This document shows positions 36,389 through 46,198 of a stretch of DNA of 64,000 nucleotides, piece after piece. The first letter of the stretch is position 1. The number at the start of each line of letters is the position of its first letter. The translations under genes and the position numbers were made by a program. Source of the DNA: a bacterium (GTDB lineage Bacteria; Chlamydiota; Chlamydiia; Chlamydiales; SM23-39); the NCBI GenBank assembly GCA_021781995.1, contig JAJXVT010000002.1, forward strand, positions 8,903 through 72,902, read 5' to 3'. The notes under the pieces are model-generated. The model was given only the letters and a program-made list of their open reading frames with translations. It did not search any database and had not been told where the DNA came from.

Positions 36389-36861
36389 GACAGTCCTCTT
36401 TGTTCAGGAGCTTCGACTTGCGCCGTACGAGGCCAAATCCGAGCCTCAATTTGTGTACGGAATTGGTCCGCCGTTACATATTCTCCTTTCATCTGATAAC
36501 TGCCATCGGACTGTAAATGGTAGGTTTCAAACCCTTCAAAGTTGAGATCGTTATTGCGAAACTCCCATGCGATCATCGATTCATCAAATACGCCTGTACC
36601 CACAATGCGTCCAATGTTTTGATTTTCCATATCGACTGCAAAGTTTTTTGCACTAAAATCGTAAAAGGAAAGTTCATTTCTCATCGCTTCTGCAAGCCCT
36701 TGAATTTGTATATCTTGAGCACATGAGACTCTCCCGCCTGTATCTTTATTTTGAACGGCCCAATTGGTATTGAAAAGCAGTTCCTCTTCAACCATATTGA
36801 GGGTAATCCGCCCTTCTCCGGCCCAGTTTCCCGGGTTAAAAATAAATGTATGTTTGAACAT
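36385..36861 (-). CDS. Hypothetical beta-rich protein, 158 aa
   Basis: ATGA overlap with the downstream lipoprotein gene and TGATG overlap with the upstream SEDS gene. Confidence 0.55.
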   Translation of the reverse strand: MFKHTFIFNPGNWAGEGRITLNMVEEELLFNTNWAVQNKDTGGRVSCAQDIQIQGLAEAMRNELSFYDFSAKNFAVDMENQNIGRIVGTGVFDESMIAWEFRNNDLNFEGFETYHLQSDGSYQMKGEYVTADQFRTQIEARIWPRTAQVEAPEQRGLS

Positions 36862-37985
36862 CAGAACATAAACCTTCTGCTATAAATGCTTTGCAAGACT
36901 CCAAGAGCCGCCATGGTGGTCATCAGCGAACTGCCGCCATAAGTTACAAAAATGAGCGGCACCCCCGACATCGGAAGAAGCGCGCACATCATCGCAATAT
37001 TAATCAGAGCATGTACCGCCAAATACACGGCCAGCCCCGACGCTAAAAGTCGCCCAAAGGGGTCCTTTGCAGCTACTGCCACCTGAAAACTAAAATAGAT
37101 CAAAGCGCAAAAAAGAAACAGCAAGAAGATAACTCCCAACAGCCCAAACTCTTCGCTAAATGCCGCAAAAACTGAATCAGTATGAGCAGCCGGCAGCCAT
37201 TTGCGGCCGGAAAATTCCGATTTATGCCATCCGCTTCCAGTCAGCCCACCTAAAGAAATAGCGATGAGAGAAGCTTTTTGATGATAAGAGTCGGGATTAA
37301 GGCGCTCATATTGATATTCTTTCATGACGGTGGTAAAAACAGGTCTCATTTTTTCATGGGAAAAAACACCTGAAAATAAAAGACTTACAACCAAAGCCGC
37401 CAGAGCTCCAATCCCTGTTAAAAACCGAAGAACTCCTCTATGCACTCCGGCAAAATAGCCCATCGATAAAGCGATTGGATATAAGATCAGCGAGGTTCCT
37501 AAATCGGGCTGCTTCAAAATTAAAAAAAAGGGAATGCCTACTAAAAGCGCCATTTGAAAAGCGGTTGATAAAAGCGGTACAGCGCTCCCTTTGCGCTCCA
37601 AAAACCAGCTCAACACGACAACTAAGATCAATTTAGCTTGTTCTGAGGGCTGCAAGCTAATCATGCCGGCAATTCGATACCACCGATGCACATTTTGAAT
37701 CGGGCTTACAAAAAAAAGGCCCACTAGCAAGACGATAGTGCCGATATACAAAATAAGGCTCCAATCGCGCAGTTTGCGATAGTCAAATCCGGCAGCGAAA
37801 AAAAAGACAGCCCAACCTAGCGCCTGCCAGCGAAGCTGGCTTTTCACCAAAGGGGTCCAAAACATCACTCCGTCCGCCTCTTCCGCCGTCATCGATGAGA
37901 TCACAAGCAGACTGATCAGCATCAAACAGCAAACAACTGGCACAACTCGAAAATCTATACGGCTAAAAAAGCGAGGATCCCACAT
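36861..37985 (-). CDS. SEDS-family peptidoglycan polymerase (RodA/FtsW)
   Basis: 374 aa, about 10 TM, conserved QPSEQAKL and LPMSGVPLIFVTYGGSS blocks. Not in a dcw cluster, so RodA is more likely. Confidence 0.85.
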   Translation of the reverse strand: MWDPRFFSRIDFRVVPVVCCLMLISLLVISSMTAEEADGVMFWTPLVKSQLRWQALGWAVFFFAAGFDYRKLRDWSLILYIGTIVLLVGLFFVSPIQNVHRWYRIAGMISLQPSEQAKLILVVVLSWFLERKGSAVPLLSTAFQMALLVGIPFFLILKQPDLGTSLILYPIALSMGYFAGVHRGVLRFLTGIGALAALVVSLLFSGVFSHEKMRPVFTTVMKEYQYERLNPDSYHQKASLIAISLGGLTGSGWHKSEFSGRKWLPAAHTDSVFAAFSEEFGLLGVIFLLFLFCALIYFSFQVAVAAKDPFGRLLASGLAVYLAVHALINIAMMCALLPMSGVPLIFVTYGGSSLMTTMAALGVLQSIYSRRFMF

Positions 37986-38004
37986 AATACTTGTAGTCTA
38001 ACCT

Positions 38005-38553
38005 ATGAAAAGGCCGCTCGTCCATCTCCATTTCGATTCTATCGACTCTACCAGTAGCTATGCAAAGCGATGCGCCGCCGAACTGGACCCCAATGTTTTA
38101 ACGCTCATCACTGCAGACGAACAAACTTCAGGCCGTGGGCGCTTCGAGCGCAAATGGCTATCGCCCAAGGGCGTAAACTTATATGCCACCTACTGTTGGC
38201 AAGTACCAGCTTCAACCCCTAACCTCCATTTGCTCTCGCTCCGCGGAGCCCATTGTCTTGCAAAAATACTTTTCTCCTATGGATTGTATCCGACAATTAA
38301 AGAGCCCAACGACTTACTTTTAAATCAAAAAAAGATTGCCGGCATTCTCACTGAAATTCAGTGGACACCACAAACTGCTCAAATTTTTCTTGGAATCGGC
38401 ATCAATATCAATATGACGATGCAAGATTTAGCGCAAATCGATCAGCCCGCGACCTCGCTTTTGGAAGCCACCGGACATGTTTTGGATCGAACACTTCTTC
38501 AAATGCAAATAACAAATATTTTAAATCTTGAAATAATTACAACAAACTCATAA
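38005..38553 (+). CDS. birA: Biotin-[acetyl-CoA-carboxylase] ligase (short form)
   Basis: ADEQTSGRGRFERKWLSPKG motif and KIAGILTE. Confidence 0.8.
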   Translation: MKRPLVHLHFDSIDSTSSYAKRCAAELDPNVLTLITADEQTSGRGRFERKWLSPKGVNLYATYCWQVPASTPNLHLLSLRGAHCLAKILFSYGLYPTIKEPNDLLLNQKKIAGILTEIQWTPQTAQIFLGIGININMTMQDLAQIDQPATSLLEATGHVLDRTLLQMQITNILNLEIITTNS

Positions 38554-38563
38554 AATTTATACC

Positions 38564-39298
38564 ATGACCACATTAGCCTTATTACCAGCACTATCTTTAC
38601 TTATTCCTTCCTTATCTCGCGGCCTAGGAATTCCCGCCCCCACCAGCAAGATTTTATCCAGCACAGCGCCCACGGACTCTCAATATTACTTCTCGTCTCA
38701 TCATTACTTCTCAAGGAATGTTACTAGGACCGCGAACACAATGGGAATGCGCCCCAACATCACTATCTTACATGCCCCCAGCAGCCAATGTCCCATTCAA
38801 GCAGTCGGTGGTTCTTTATCTTGCAGCAATGCCGCTATCTACGTTGGTCCGGAATCTTCCCTGACTAAAAATAATCAGCGACGACAGTTTATATTAACGC
38901 ATGAATTGAGCCATATTAAACACAATGATGTGCTAAAGATAGGTCTTGTATCCACTCTTGCGTATGTAGTGACAGCCGTTGCAGCGTCTTTTTTTCTCCC
39001 TGTGGCAGGAACAGTAGGCGTCGCTTTCTCAGTGTTTCTCATCACTCTAAGCACGATGTCACGGCACTGTGAAAAACGAGCCGATCTAGAAGCCCAGCGT
39101 TATTGCCAACTCATGGAAACAAGACAGTTTTGCCAGGCATTGCAAGAACTGCAAAACGCTTATCAACAATACCGAAATAATACAATGCTTCCTTTCACCA
39201 CTCGCATGTGGAATAAAATCCGATTCGATTCGAAGGGAAATGATAGATTGGATATTCTACACCCGTCTTTATCTCAACGAATTTCGTATCTTGCATAA
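38564..39298 (+). CDS. M48-like zinc metallopeptidase, membrane-associated
   Basis: FILTHELSHIKHNDV (HExxH...D), downstream EKRADLEA, two TM segments between them. Confidence 0.6.
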   Translation: MTTLALLPALSLLIPSLSRGLGIPAPTSKILSSTAPTDSQYYFSSHHYFSRNVTRTANTMGMRPNITILHAPSSQCPIQAVGGSLSCSNAAIYVGPESSLTKNNQRRQFILTHELSHIKHNDVLKIGLVSTLAYVVTAVAASFFLPVAGTVGVAFSVFLITLSTMSRHCEKRADLEAQRYCQLMETRQFCQALQELQNAYQQYRNNTMLPFTTRMWNKIRFDSKGNDRLDILHPSLSQRISYLA

Positions 39299-40036
39299 TT
39301 AGAGAACCGTTCCCAAACTTGGAATCACTACCAAAGAAGGGTGAACCCTGGCTTTGAGAATTTTTTGAATGGCGTTCAACGTGGAGCCTGTAGATGAATG
39401 GCAACTCGTACAGGAACCTTCATACGCGATGGTAATCTCCGTATCATTTTCAAATTTTACAATGCGGATGCCGCCAGCATCTAGTTCAATATACGGGCGA
39501 ATCTCTTTGCCGACTACCTCTTCGATGATTTTACGCTTATGCTCAGTCGGAAATTGCTCCCACCCCTCTATCCCTCCGGGGATTTCACCAAAATCTTGTT
39601 CGATGGGGGTCATGTCATAAGTGGCAGCAAAGGGAATATCGAGACATTGATGCACCGCGCGATCGATAGATAAAAACGCTCGATCTAAATGGGGAAAAAC
39701 CTCTTTAGTAAAGGCGCTTTCATCTTTTTTATCACGGACGTGCTGATCGATTAAGTCAGAGCTAATGCGGGATACTTGATCATAATTTTTATGCAAAGAC
39801 AGTTCACAGATGATCTCTCCGATTGCAATCGCTACAGGCGGGCCAAACGCTTGAAACGCCGCATCTGCTATAATGCCGTCAGTTTCATCTACAAGCCAAT
39901 ATAGGGAAAACAATTCTTCTTTTCCAATGACCAGGCGCATATTGCGCTCTTTTGCTTGCTGGGCGGTAAAATGTCCTGCAAATCGAGGCCGATCGATTTT
40001 TTCACGCATTTTTTTAGTAAATCGATCCCACATCAT
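39299..40036 (-). CDS. NifU-family protein: C-terminal Nfu CxxC domain plus Cys-less IscU-like N-domain
   Basis: YEGSCTSCHSSTGSTL (CxxC). The N-domain aligns to IscU but has FGPPVAIAIG in place of YGCGSAIAS. ATGA overlap start at 40036. Confidence 0.7.
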   Translation of the reverse strand: MMWDRFTKKMREKIDRPRFAGHFTAQQAKERNMRLVIGKEELFSLYWLVDETDGIIADAAFQAFGPPVAIAIGEIICELSLHKNYDQVSRISSDLIDQHVRDKKDESAFTKEVFPHLDRAFLSIDRAVHQCLDIPFAATYDMTPIEQDFGEIPGGIEGWEQFPTEHKRKIIEEVVGKEIRPYIELDAGGIRIVKFENDTEITIAYEGSCTSCHSSTGSTLNAIQKILKARVHPSLVVIPSLGTVL

Positions 40037-41115
40037 AAAGTTAAATCCTCCGTCAATGGCCGCAGGGTTTGATAGCATTCTACAATGCATTGAACGGCTT
40101 TTTCAATATCTGATTGTGTGGTATACCGGCTCAAAGAAAAGCTGAGGGCAGTCTGGGCGCAAATGTTATCTAAATGCGTCAATAAGCGATATAAGTACGG
40201 ACTAAATGCCCCGCCGATAGAGGCTTTTACATTTTTGCGCTCCAACATATAGAGAAGAGCTTCGCTATGAACGCGAGGAAATAAAGCGCAGCAGACGTTG
40301 GGCAGTCGCAAGGAATTTTGATACAAAAACTGCACCTCAGGAATAGAAGCTGCCAATTGTTCTTCAAATACATCTCTTAAGCGAGCAACTTCCAGGCTCA
40401 TTAAATCTTGCGACAAAGCCAGCTGTGATGCAGCAGCGGCGAGCGCCATCAACGACGAAGCGTCGATAGGGCGCGCTAAAATAAACGGGGCTAAAGGCTT
40501 TCCTTTTTTGGCAAAAATAGCTCCGGAACTTTTCACTGAATGGATGCGATCTCCTGAGAAGGTGAGATAATCCATTGGCAAATCAGCAAACGAGCAATAA
40601 ACTTTGCCCAAAGTATAAGTTGCGTCGACGTGAAACAAAATGCCTTTTTCCTGCGCAATTGCGCCAATTTCTTCCACAGGATGGATAACGCCTGTCAACC
40701 CCTGCGCCCAACTCATGGAAATCATAGCGGTGCGAGGTCCAATTAATTTTTTTAATTGTTCAAGATCGACTCGACCTTCCGCATCTAAGGGGGCAATTTT
40801 AATAAAACATCCGAGCTCTTCAAGTCTTTTTAATGATTGGAGCATAGCCGCATCTTCAGAGGAAGATGTGATGATATGGCATTTACCTTCTTTGCGGGCA
40901 AGTTCGATAAAAGCAGTCCAATGCACTTGCTGAATCGCTTCTGCTCCGCTAGATGTAAACACAAACGAATCGGTAGCGTGAGCGCCAACAAGATCAAAAA
41001 TTTTTGCAGAAGCGCTCGCCAAAACGGCCGTCGACGTCCCATCTAAAGCGGCAGCAAATTGTTCGCGCGCAGATCCGCACACAAAAGTTTCACTATGATT
41101 ATCTAAATAGACCAC
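40033..41115 (-). CDS. NifS/IscS-like class V aminotransferase-fold protein lacking catalytic residues (probable pseudoenzyme)
   Basis: Aligns along its length to IscS (FTSSGAEA, HVDATYTLGKV). But SGHK is SGDR, SSGSAC is SIGGAF, and TEH is SED. Confidence 0.7.
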   Translation of the reverse strand: MVYLDNHSETFVCGSAREQFAAALDGTSTAVLASASAKIFDLVGAHATDSFVFTSSGAEAIQQVHWTAFIELARKEGKCHIITSSSEDAAMLQSLKRLEELGCFIKIAPLDAEGRVDLEQLKKLIGPRTAMISMSWAQGLTGVIHPVEEIGAIAQEKGILFHVDATYTLGKVYCSFADLPMDYLTFSGDRIHSVKSSGAIFAKKGKPLAPFILARPIDASSLMALAAAASQLALSQDLMSLEVARLRDVFEEQLAASIPEVQFLYQNSLRLPNVCCALFPRVHSEALLYMLERKNVKASIGGAFSPYLYRLLTHLDNICAQTALSFSLSRYTTQSDIEKAVQCIVECYQTLRPLTEDLTL

Positions 41116-41774
41116 TTGCCTTGCTCATATGTATAAATCAATGGTTTTCCCGTAGGAATTTCCAAGCTGACTACTTCTTCTTTGCTTAAATTTTCCAGGC
41201 GCATCACGATAGAGCGCAAAGAATTTCCGTGAGCGGCCACAAAAACGTTGTCGCCCTTCTCAATATGAGGAAAAATTGTCTGCTCAAAATAAGGAATCGT
41301 TCGGGCGGCAGTCATTTTTAAACTTTCACCTTCAGGCGGGGCTTGATCGTAACTGCGGCGCCAAATATGGACTTGCTCGCTGCCAAATTCTCGCGCCGTC
41401 TGAGCTTTATCCAACCCTTGCAGTTTTCCATACATGCGCTCATTGAGTTCCCAGGCACTATACACGGGAAGCAGCTCATTTTCAGCCTCCTTTCCATGCA
41501 CATGGCTCCACTGCTCTAATTTTCCTTGGCCTGAATGCTGAAATGCCGCGATTTTGCCGCTAGAGTGGTGCAGCAAAGCTAACGCCAGGGTCATTTGCGC
41601 GCGGATTAAAGTAGAGGTAAAAGCGACATCGATTGGAACATCTTTAATTAGCTTTCCACCTTCCACAGCTTCGCGCACCCCTTCTTCGCTCAATGGAATG
41701 TCTACCCAGCCGGTAAATAAATTTTTTTGGTTCCACGCGGATCGGCCGTGGCGCATCAAAATCAGCTTAGTCAT
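41103..41774 (-). CDS. gpmA: 2,3-bisphosphoglycerate-dependent phosphoglycerate mutase
   Basis: LILMRHGRSAWNQKNLFTGWVD, and AAHGNSLR. Confidence 0.9.
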   Translation of the reverse strand: MTKLILMRHGRSAWNQKNLFTGWVDIPLSEEGVREAVEGGKLIKDVPIDVAFTSTLIRAQMTLALALLHHSSGKIAAFQHSGQGKLEQWSHVHGKEAENELLPVYSAWELNERMYGKLQGLDKAQTAREFGSEQVHIWRRSYDQAPPEGESLKMTAARTIPYFEQTIFPHIEKGDNVFVAAHGNSLRSIVMRLENLSKEEVVSLEIPTGKPLIYTYEQGKWSI

Positions 41775-41851
41775 CTAAGCACCTCTTTCATGTTGGGATT
41801 ATTGTATCAGGTCTGTCCTTTTTATCGGAGTTTCTGTATAATCTCAGGCCT

Positions 41852-42580
41852 ATGGAAAAGAAAAGATTAAGTAAAGCATTAGCTGCTGCCGGAATTGCAT
41901 CGCGCCGAGCATGCGAAGAACTTATTTTTGAAGGCCGTGTGAAAGTCAATGGCCAAGTCGTCATTGTGCCTCAAACACTTGTGGATTGGGAATCCGATCG
42001 CATTACCGTCGACGAAGCTCCCGTGCGAGCTGAGGAAAAAAAAGTTTACTACGCGCTGAATAAACCTACGGGTTATATATGCTCAAGCACGCGCCTCGGC
42101 AGAAAAAAAATCGTTCTCGATCTTTTCGAAGGCCTGGGGGAGCGTCTTTTTACAGTAGGAAGACTCGACAAAGATACGGAAGGGTTGCTGATCGTAACCA
42201 ATGACGGCCGCTTTGCCAACCAAGTCATCCACCCTTCTTCCAATATCATCAAAGAATATATTGTCAAAACGGCTCAAGAGATTACCCCCGAGTATTTAGA
42301 AGCGCTGTCTCAAGGCGCTCGAGTAGATGAAAAATGGGTGCGCCCCGTCTCTGTTGCAAAAGTGCGCAAAGGGACATTTCGCATCTGCTTAAAAGAGGGC
42401 CGCAAACACGAAGTTCGCATTATCGCGGAACGGGCTCGACTTAAAGTGCTGGAATTGCGCCGCATCCGCATTGGTTCGTTGCTTCTCGGTTCTCTTCCCA
42501 TCGGCGAGTACCGACCACTAACCGAGAAGGAAAAAGCGGGCTTATTAGAAGGTAAGAAAAAGCCAGGCAAACCTGCATGA
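41852..42580 (+). CDS. rluB: Pseudouridine synthase, RsuA/RluB family
   Basis: S4 domain LSKALAAAGIASRR. Catalytic VGRLDKDTEGLLIVTNDG. Confidence 0.85.
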   Translation: MEKKRLSKALAAAGIASRRACEELIFEGRVKVNGQVVIVPQTLVDWESDRITVDEAPVRAEEKKVYYALNKPTGYICSSTRLGRKKIVLDLFEGLGERLFTVGRLDKDTEGLLIVTNDGRFANQVIHPSSNIIKEYIVKTAQEITPEYLEALSQGARVDEKWVRPVSVAKVRKGTFRICLKEGRKHEVRIIAERARLKVLELRRIRIGSLLLGSLPIGEYRPLTEKEKAGLLEGKKKPGKPA

Positions 42581-43632
42581 GTTTTATTTTTTTTGGCGCA
42601 TTGCTCCTGGGTTTCTACATGGCGTGGAACATTGGGGCAAATGACGTAGCCAATGCGATGGGTACCTCCGTCGGATCGCGCGCGCTCACGCTCAAAAAAG
42701 CTGTACTCATCGCCGCTGTTTTAGAATTTAGCGGCGCTTTTTTTGCCGGTTCATCCGTTTCAGAAACGTTGCAGCACGGGATCATTGCACCGGCCATCTT
42801 TGAAGGCAATCTGGAAATTTTTGCGTTGGGCATGATGGGGTCTTTGTTCGCAACGGGCGCTTTATTGCACATCGCCTCTTATTTTGGATTGCCCATATCC
42901 ACCACTCACGCTGTAGTCGGAGCTGTCATCGGCTTTGGAAGCGTGGTCGGCGGTGTAGAAGCTATTCACTGGACTCAAGTGGGTTGGATTAGCGCAGCAT
43001 GGGTTATTTCACCTATTTTAAGCGGCTTTATCGCACATCTTTTCTTTCGATTAACGCAGCGGGTTGTTTCTTGGATTAAAGTCCCAGTGGCAAGCGAAGG
43101 AATTTCAACGCCATCGCCTTTTCATCAATTTTTTATTTCATTGCAAATCGGGACTGCCTGTATGGTTGCGTTTGCTCACGGAGCCAATGACGTAGCCAAT
43201 GCGATTGGGCCAGTTGCAGCCATCTTAAATGTACTGAAAACACATTCTTTACATGCAAAATCAGAAATCCCCTCATGGCTGCTTGCTTTAGGTGGATGCG
43301 GCATTGTTTTGGGATTGGCAACCTGGGGATGGCGAGTCATTGAGACGGTGGGCAAAAAAATCACAAAATTGTCTCCAATGCACGGATTTTGCGCTGAATT
43401 CGGCGCGGCAATTACTATTTTGGCGGCTTCAAAATTCGGCCTTCCTATTTCAACGACGCACGCGTTAGTCGGCGCTGTGTTTGGAGTCGGCCTCGTACAG
43501 GGTTTTTCTTCTTTAAATTTACAAACGCTCAAAGAAATAGTTCTTTCCTGGGTGATTACCATTCCCTCGTGTGCCTTATTGAGCATCTTAGCGTTTTATC
43601 TTTTGCGATTTTTTATAGGATTGATTCAATAA
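42577..43632 (+). CDS. Inorganic phosphate transporter, PiT family
   Basis: Duplicated GANDVANA motif (NIGANDVANAMGTS, HGANDVANAIGP). Confidence 0.9.
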   Translation: MSFIFFGALLLGFYMAWNIGANDVANAMGTSVGSRALTLKKAVLIAAVLEFSGAFFAGSSVSETLQHGIIAPAIFEGNLEIFALGMMGSLFATGALLHIASYFGLPISTTHAVVGAVIGFGSVVGGVEAIHWTQVGWISAAWVISPILSGFIAHLFFRLTQRVVSWIKVPVASEGISTPSPFHQFFISLQIGTACMVAFAHGANDVANAIGPVAAILNVLKTHSLHAKSEIPSWLLALGGCGIVLGLATWGWRVIETVGKKITKLSPMHGFCAEFGAAITILAASKFGLPISTTHALVGAVFGVGLVQGFSSLNLQTLKEIVLSWVITIPSCALLSILAFYLLRFFIGLIQ

Positions 43633-43656
43633 CGTCCCTTTGTTAGTCTGACGATC

Positions 43657-46188
43657 ATGAACGATCTAAACTATCAAGCCGACAAGCTCGTACAAAAAAT
43701 TCGCCATTTTATCATCACTTCGAGCGGGCATCGCTCTGAAGATGCATCGATGGAAGAATTTTACCAAGCCTTTTGCGCAGCGCTCCGCGAAGAAATTATG
43801 ATCAATTGGACTGCAACGCGAGATACTTTAGAAGGAACAAAAGGACGCGTCGCCCACTTTTTATCCATGGAATATTTACCGGGACGGCTCACCGGAAATA
43901 ACCTCACGAATATCGGCGCTTCGGAATTAGTGCGCGCTGTATTGGCAAAAATGAACCGGAGCCTTTCGGATTTAATTCCCTGCGAACCTGATCCGGGGCT
44001 AGGAAATGGGGGTCTTGGCAGATTATCATCTTGTTTTCTCGATTCTTTAGCAACTTTGCAATACCCAGCTAGAGCGTACGGACTTCGCTATCAATATGGC
44101 ATTTTCGAACAAGAGATTTGGGATGGAAAACAAGTAGAACGCCCAGACTGCTGGCTTTTAAATGTCAATCCATGGGAACAGCGCAGAGATCAGCAATCGG
44201 TTACAGTGGAGTTTGGCGGAACTCCTGTTTCCGCTAAAAACCGACATGGAGAAGAAATTTTTCTGATCGAAAATACAGAAGAGGTTCGAGCTCTGCCATA
44301 CGATGTCCCTATCGTCGGATACTCCACGAAGGGAGATTTTTCGGTTTTAACACTGCGTCTTTGGTCAACTAAAGAATCGCCGAGAAACTTTCAATTGCAA
44401 AGTTACAATGCTGGTCTTGTTGGTCAAGCCGCCGAAAATACGACGCTGACTGATGTTCTTTATCCCAATGACAATACTGAAGTTGGGAAGCGCATCCGAC
44501 TCAAGCAGGAATTTCTTCTCGTTGCATCTTCACTCAAAGACATTATACGAAGACACCAGAAAATTCACGGTGATTTATCTGAATTTGGCGACAAGGTCAG
44601 AATTCAAATCAATGATACGCATCCGGCATTAGTGATTTCAGAACTAGTGCGCACTTTGATGAAAAACTATGATTTTACTTGGGATAAGGCGTGGGAAACA
44701 TGCCAGGCTGTTTGCAGCTATACCAATCACACGATTTTACGCGAAGCGCTTGAAGAATGGAATGAGGAAAGGGTGCGATTGCTCATGCCGCGCCAACACC
44801 ATATTATCCAACAACTCAATTTGGAATTTTGCAATAAAGTGCGAGAGCAATTTCCAAATGATGAAGAAAAAGTGCGCCGGATGTCTGTGATTGAAGGTGG
44901 GCAGGTCCGAATGGCTCATTTGGCCATTTTAGGTTCGCATAAAGTCAATGGTGTTGCAAAGCTTCACAGTGATATTTTGCGAACTCGTATTTTCAAAGAT
45001 TTTGCAGATTTATGGCCGGATAAGTTTACCAATGTCACAAATGGAGTAACACAGCGACGATGGCTATTGCATGCCAATCCGAGTCTTGCCAAATTCATAT
45101 CTGATCGCATTGGCAAGGGCTGGATTACCGACTTTAAGCAGTTAGAAAAGCTGAGAGCGTATGCCTCCGACAAGGCTTCTCAAGAAGAATTTTTAGCTAT
45201 CAAACAATCCAACAAAGAAAATTTCATTCGCTTTTTAGCACATGAAAATTGCTTAAGAGATAGTCACGGGCATGTAATCGTCCATTCGCATCCTGTAGGG
45301 GTCAATGCTTTATTTGATGTTCACATCAAACGTTTTCATGAATATAAACGTCAATTGATGAACGCTCTACATTTAATTATGGTCTATCACGAACTAATTG
45401 CTAACCCGCACGCTAGATCCGTGCCGCGCTTTGCTATTTTTGGCGGGAAAGCAGCCCCTGGCTATCAACGAGCTAAACAGATCATACAATTGATCTGTGC
45501 CATTGGCCGCAAAGTAAATCGCGAAACTTCTTTGCGCGCTAAATTTTCAGTTCATTTTATTGAAAATTACAATGTATCAAAAGCAGAAATCATTATACCT
45601 GCAGCCGATTTATCAGAACAAATTTCCACAGCAGGCTGGGAAGCATCGGGCACAGGCAATATGAAGTTTTCTATGAACGGTGCTTTGACGATTGGAACTG
45701 ATGACGGCGCCAATATTGAAATGCGCACTTCTGTAACTGATCCATGGTGGCCGTTCCGCTTTGGCGCTTCAGCTACTCAAAACTTAGAGCCCTATCATCC
45801 TTCCACTGTGTATCAAACAGACGAGCAGATCAAGCGCGCAGTCGATACTTTAAAGGATAGCACATTTGCTATGTCCCCGGCTGAAGAGGAATCTTTCCAT
45901 GCGCTGCACAAAAATCTTACGCAAGTCGATCCTTATCGGGTATTGCGAGATTTACGCGATTATTACAACACGCAAAAGCGAGTCGAGGAATTGTACCTAA
46001 TGCCTTTAAAATGGGCGGAGACTGCGATGCATAATATCGCCGGAATGGGGCTATTTTCCACAGATGAATCGATTCGTCATTACGCCAATGAAATCTGGAA
46101 TATCGAACCGTGCCCTCCGAATGCGGCAACTTTGCAAAAGGTACGAGACGAATACGCTGAGCATGATCGCTGCAAAATCTCTACCTAA
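43657..46188 (+). CDS. glgP: Glycogen phosphorylase
   Basis: 843 aa. PLP-Lys block EASGTGNMKFSMNGALTIGT. Confidence 0.95.
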   Translation: MNDLNYQADKLVQKIRHFIITSSGHRSEDASMEEFYQAFCAALREEIMINWTATRDTLEGTKGRVAHFLSMEYLPGRLTGNNLTNIGASELVRAVLAKMNRSLSDLIPCEPDPGLGNGGLGRLSSCFLDSLATLQYPARAYGLRYQYGIFEQEIWDGKQVERPDCWLLNVNPWEQRRDQQSVTVEFGGTPVSAKNRHGEEIFLIENTEEVRALPYDVPIVGYSTKGDFSVLTLRLWSTKESPRNFQLQSYNAGLVGQAAENTTLTDVLYPNDNTEVGKRIRLKQEFLLVASSLKDIIRRHQKIHGDLSEFGDKVRIQINDTHPALVISELVRTLMKNYDFTWDKAWETCQAVCSYTNHTILREALEEWNEERVRLLMPRQHHIIQQLNLEFCNKVREQFPNDEEKVRRMSVIEGGQVRMAHLAILGSHKVNGVAKLHSDILRTRIFKDFADLWPDKFTNVTNGVTQRRWLLHANPSLAKFISDRIGKGWITDFKQLEKLRAYASDKASQEEFLAIKQSNKENFIRFLAHENCLRDSHGHVIVHSHPVGVNALFDVHIKRFHEYKRQLMNALHLIMVYHELIANPHARSVPRFAIFGGKAAPGYQRAKQIIQLICAIGRKVNRETSLRAKFSVHFIENYNVSKAEIIIPAADLSEQISTAGWEASGTGNMKFSMNGALTIGTDDGANIEMRTSVTDPWWPFRFGASATQNLEPYHPSTVYQTDEQIKRAVDTLKDSTFAMSPAEEESFHALHKNLTQVDPYRVLRDLRDYYNTQKRVEELYLMPLKWAETAMHNIAGMGLFSTDESIRHYANEIWNIEPCPPNAATLQKVRDEYAEHDRCKIST

Positions 46189-46198
46189 GAAAGCTGCT

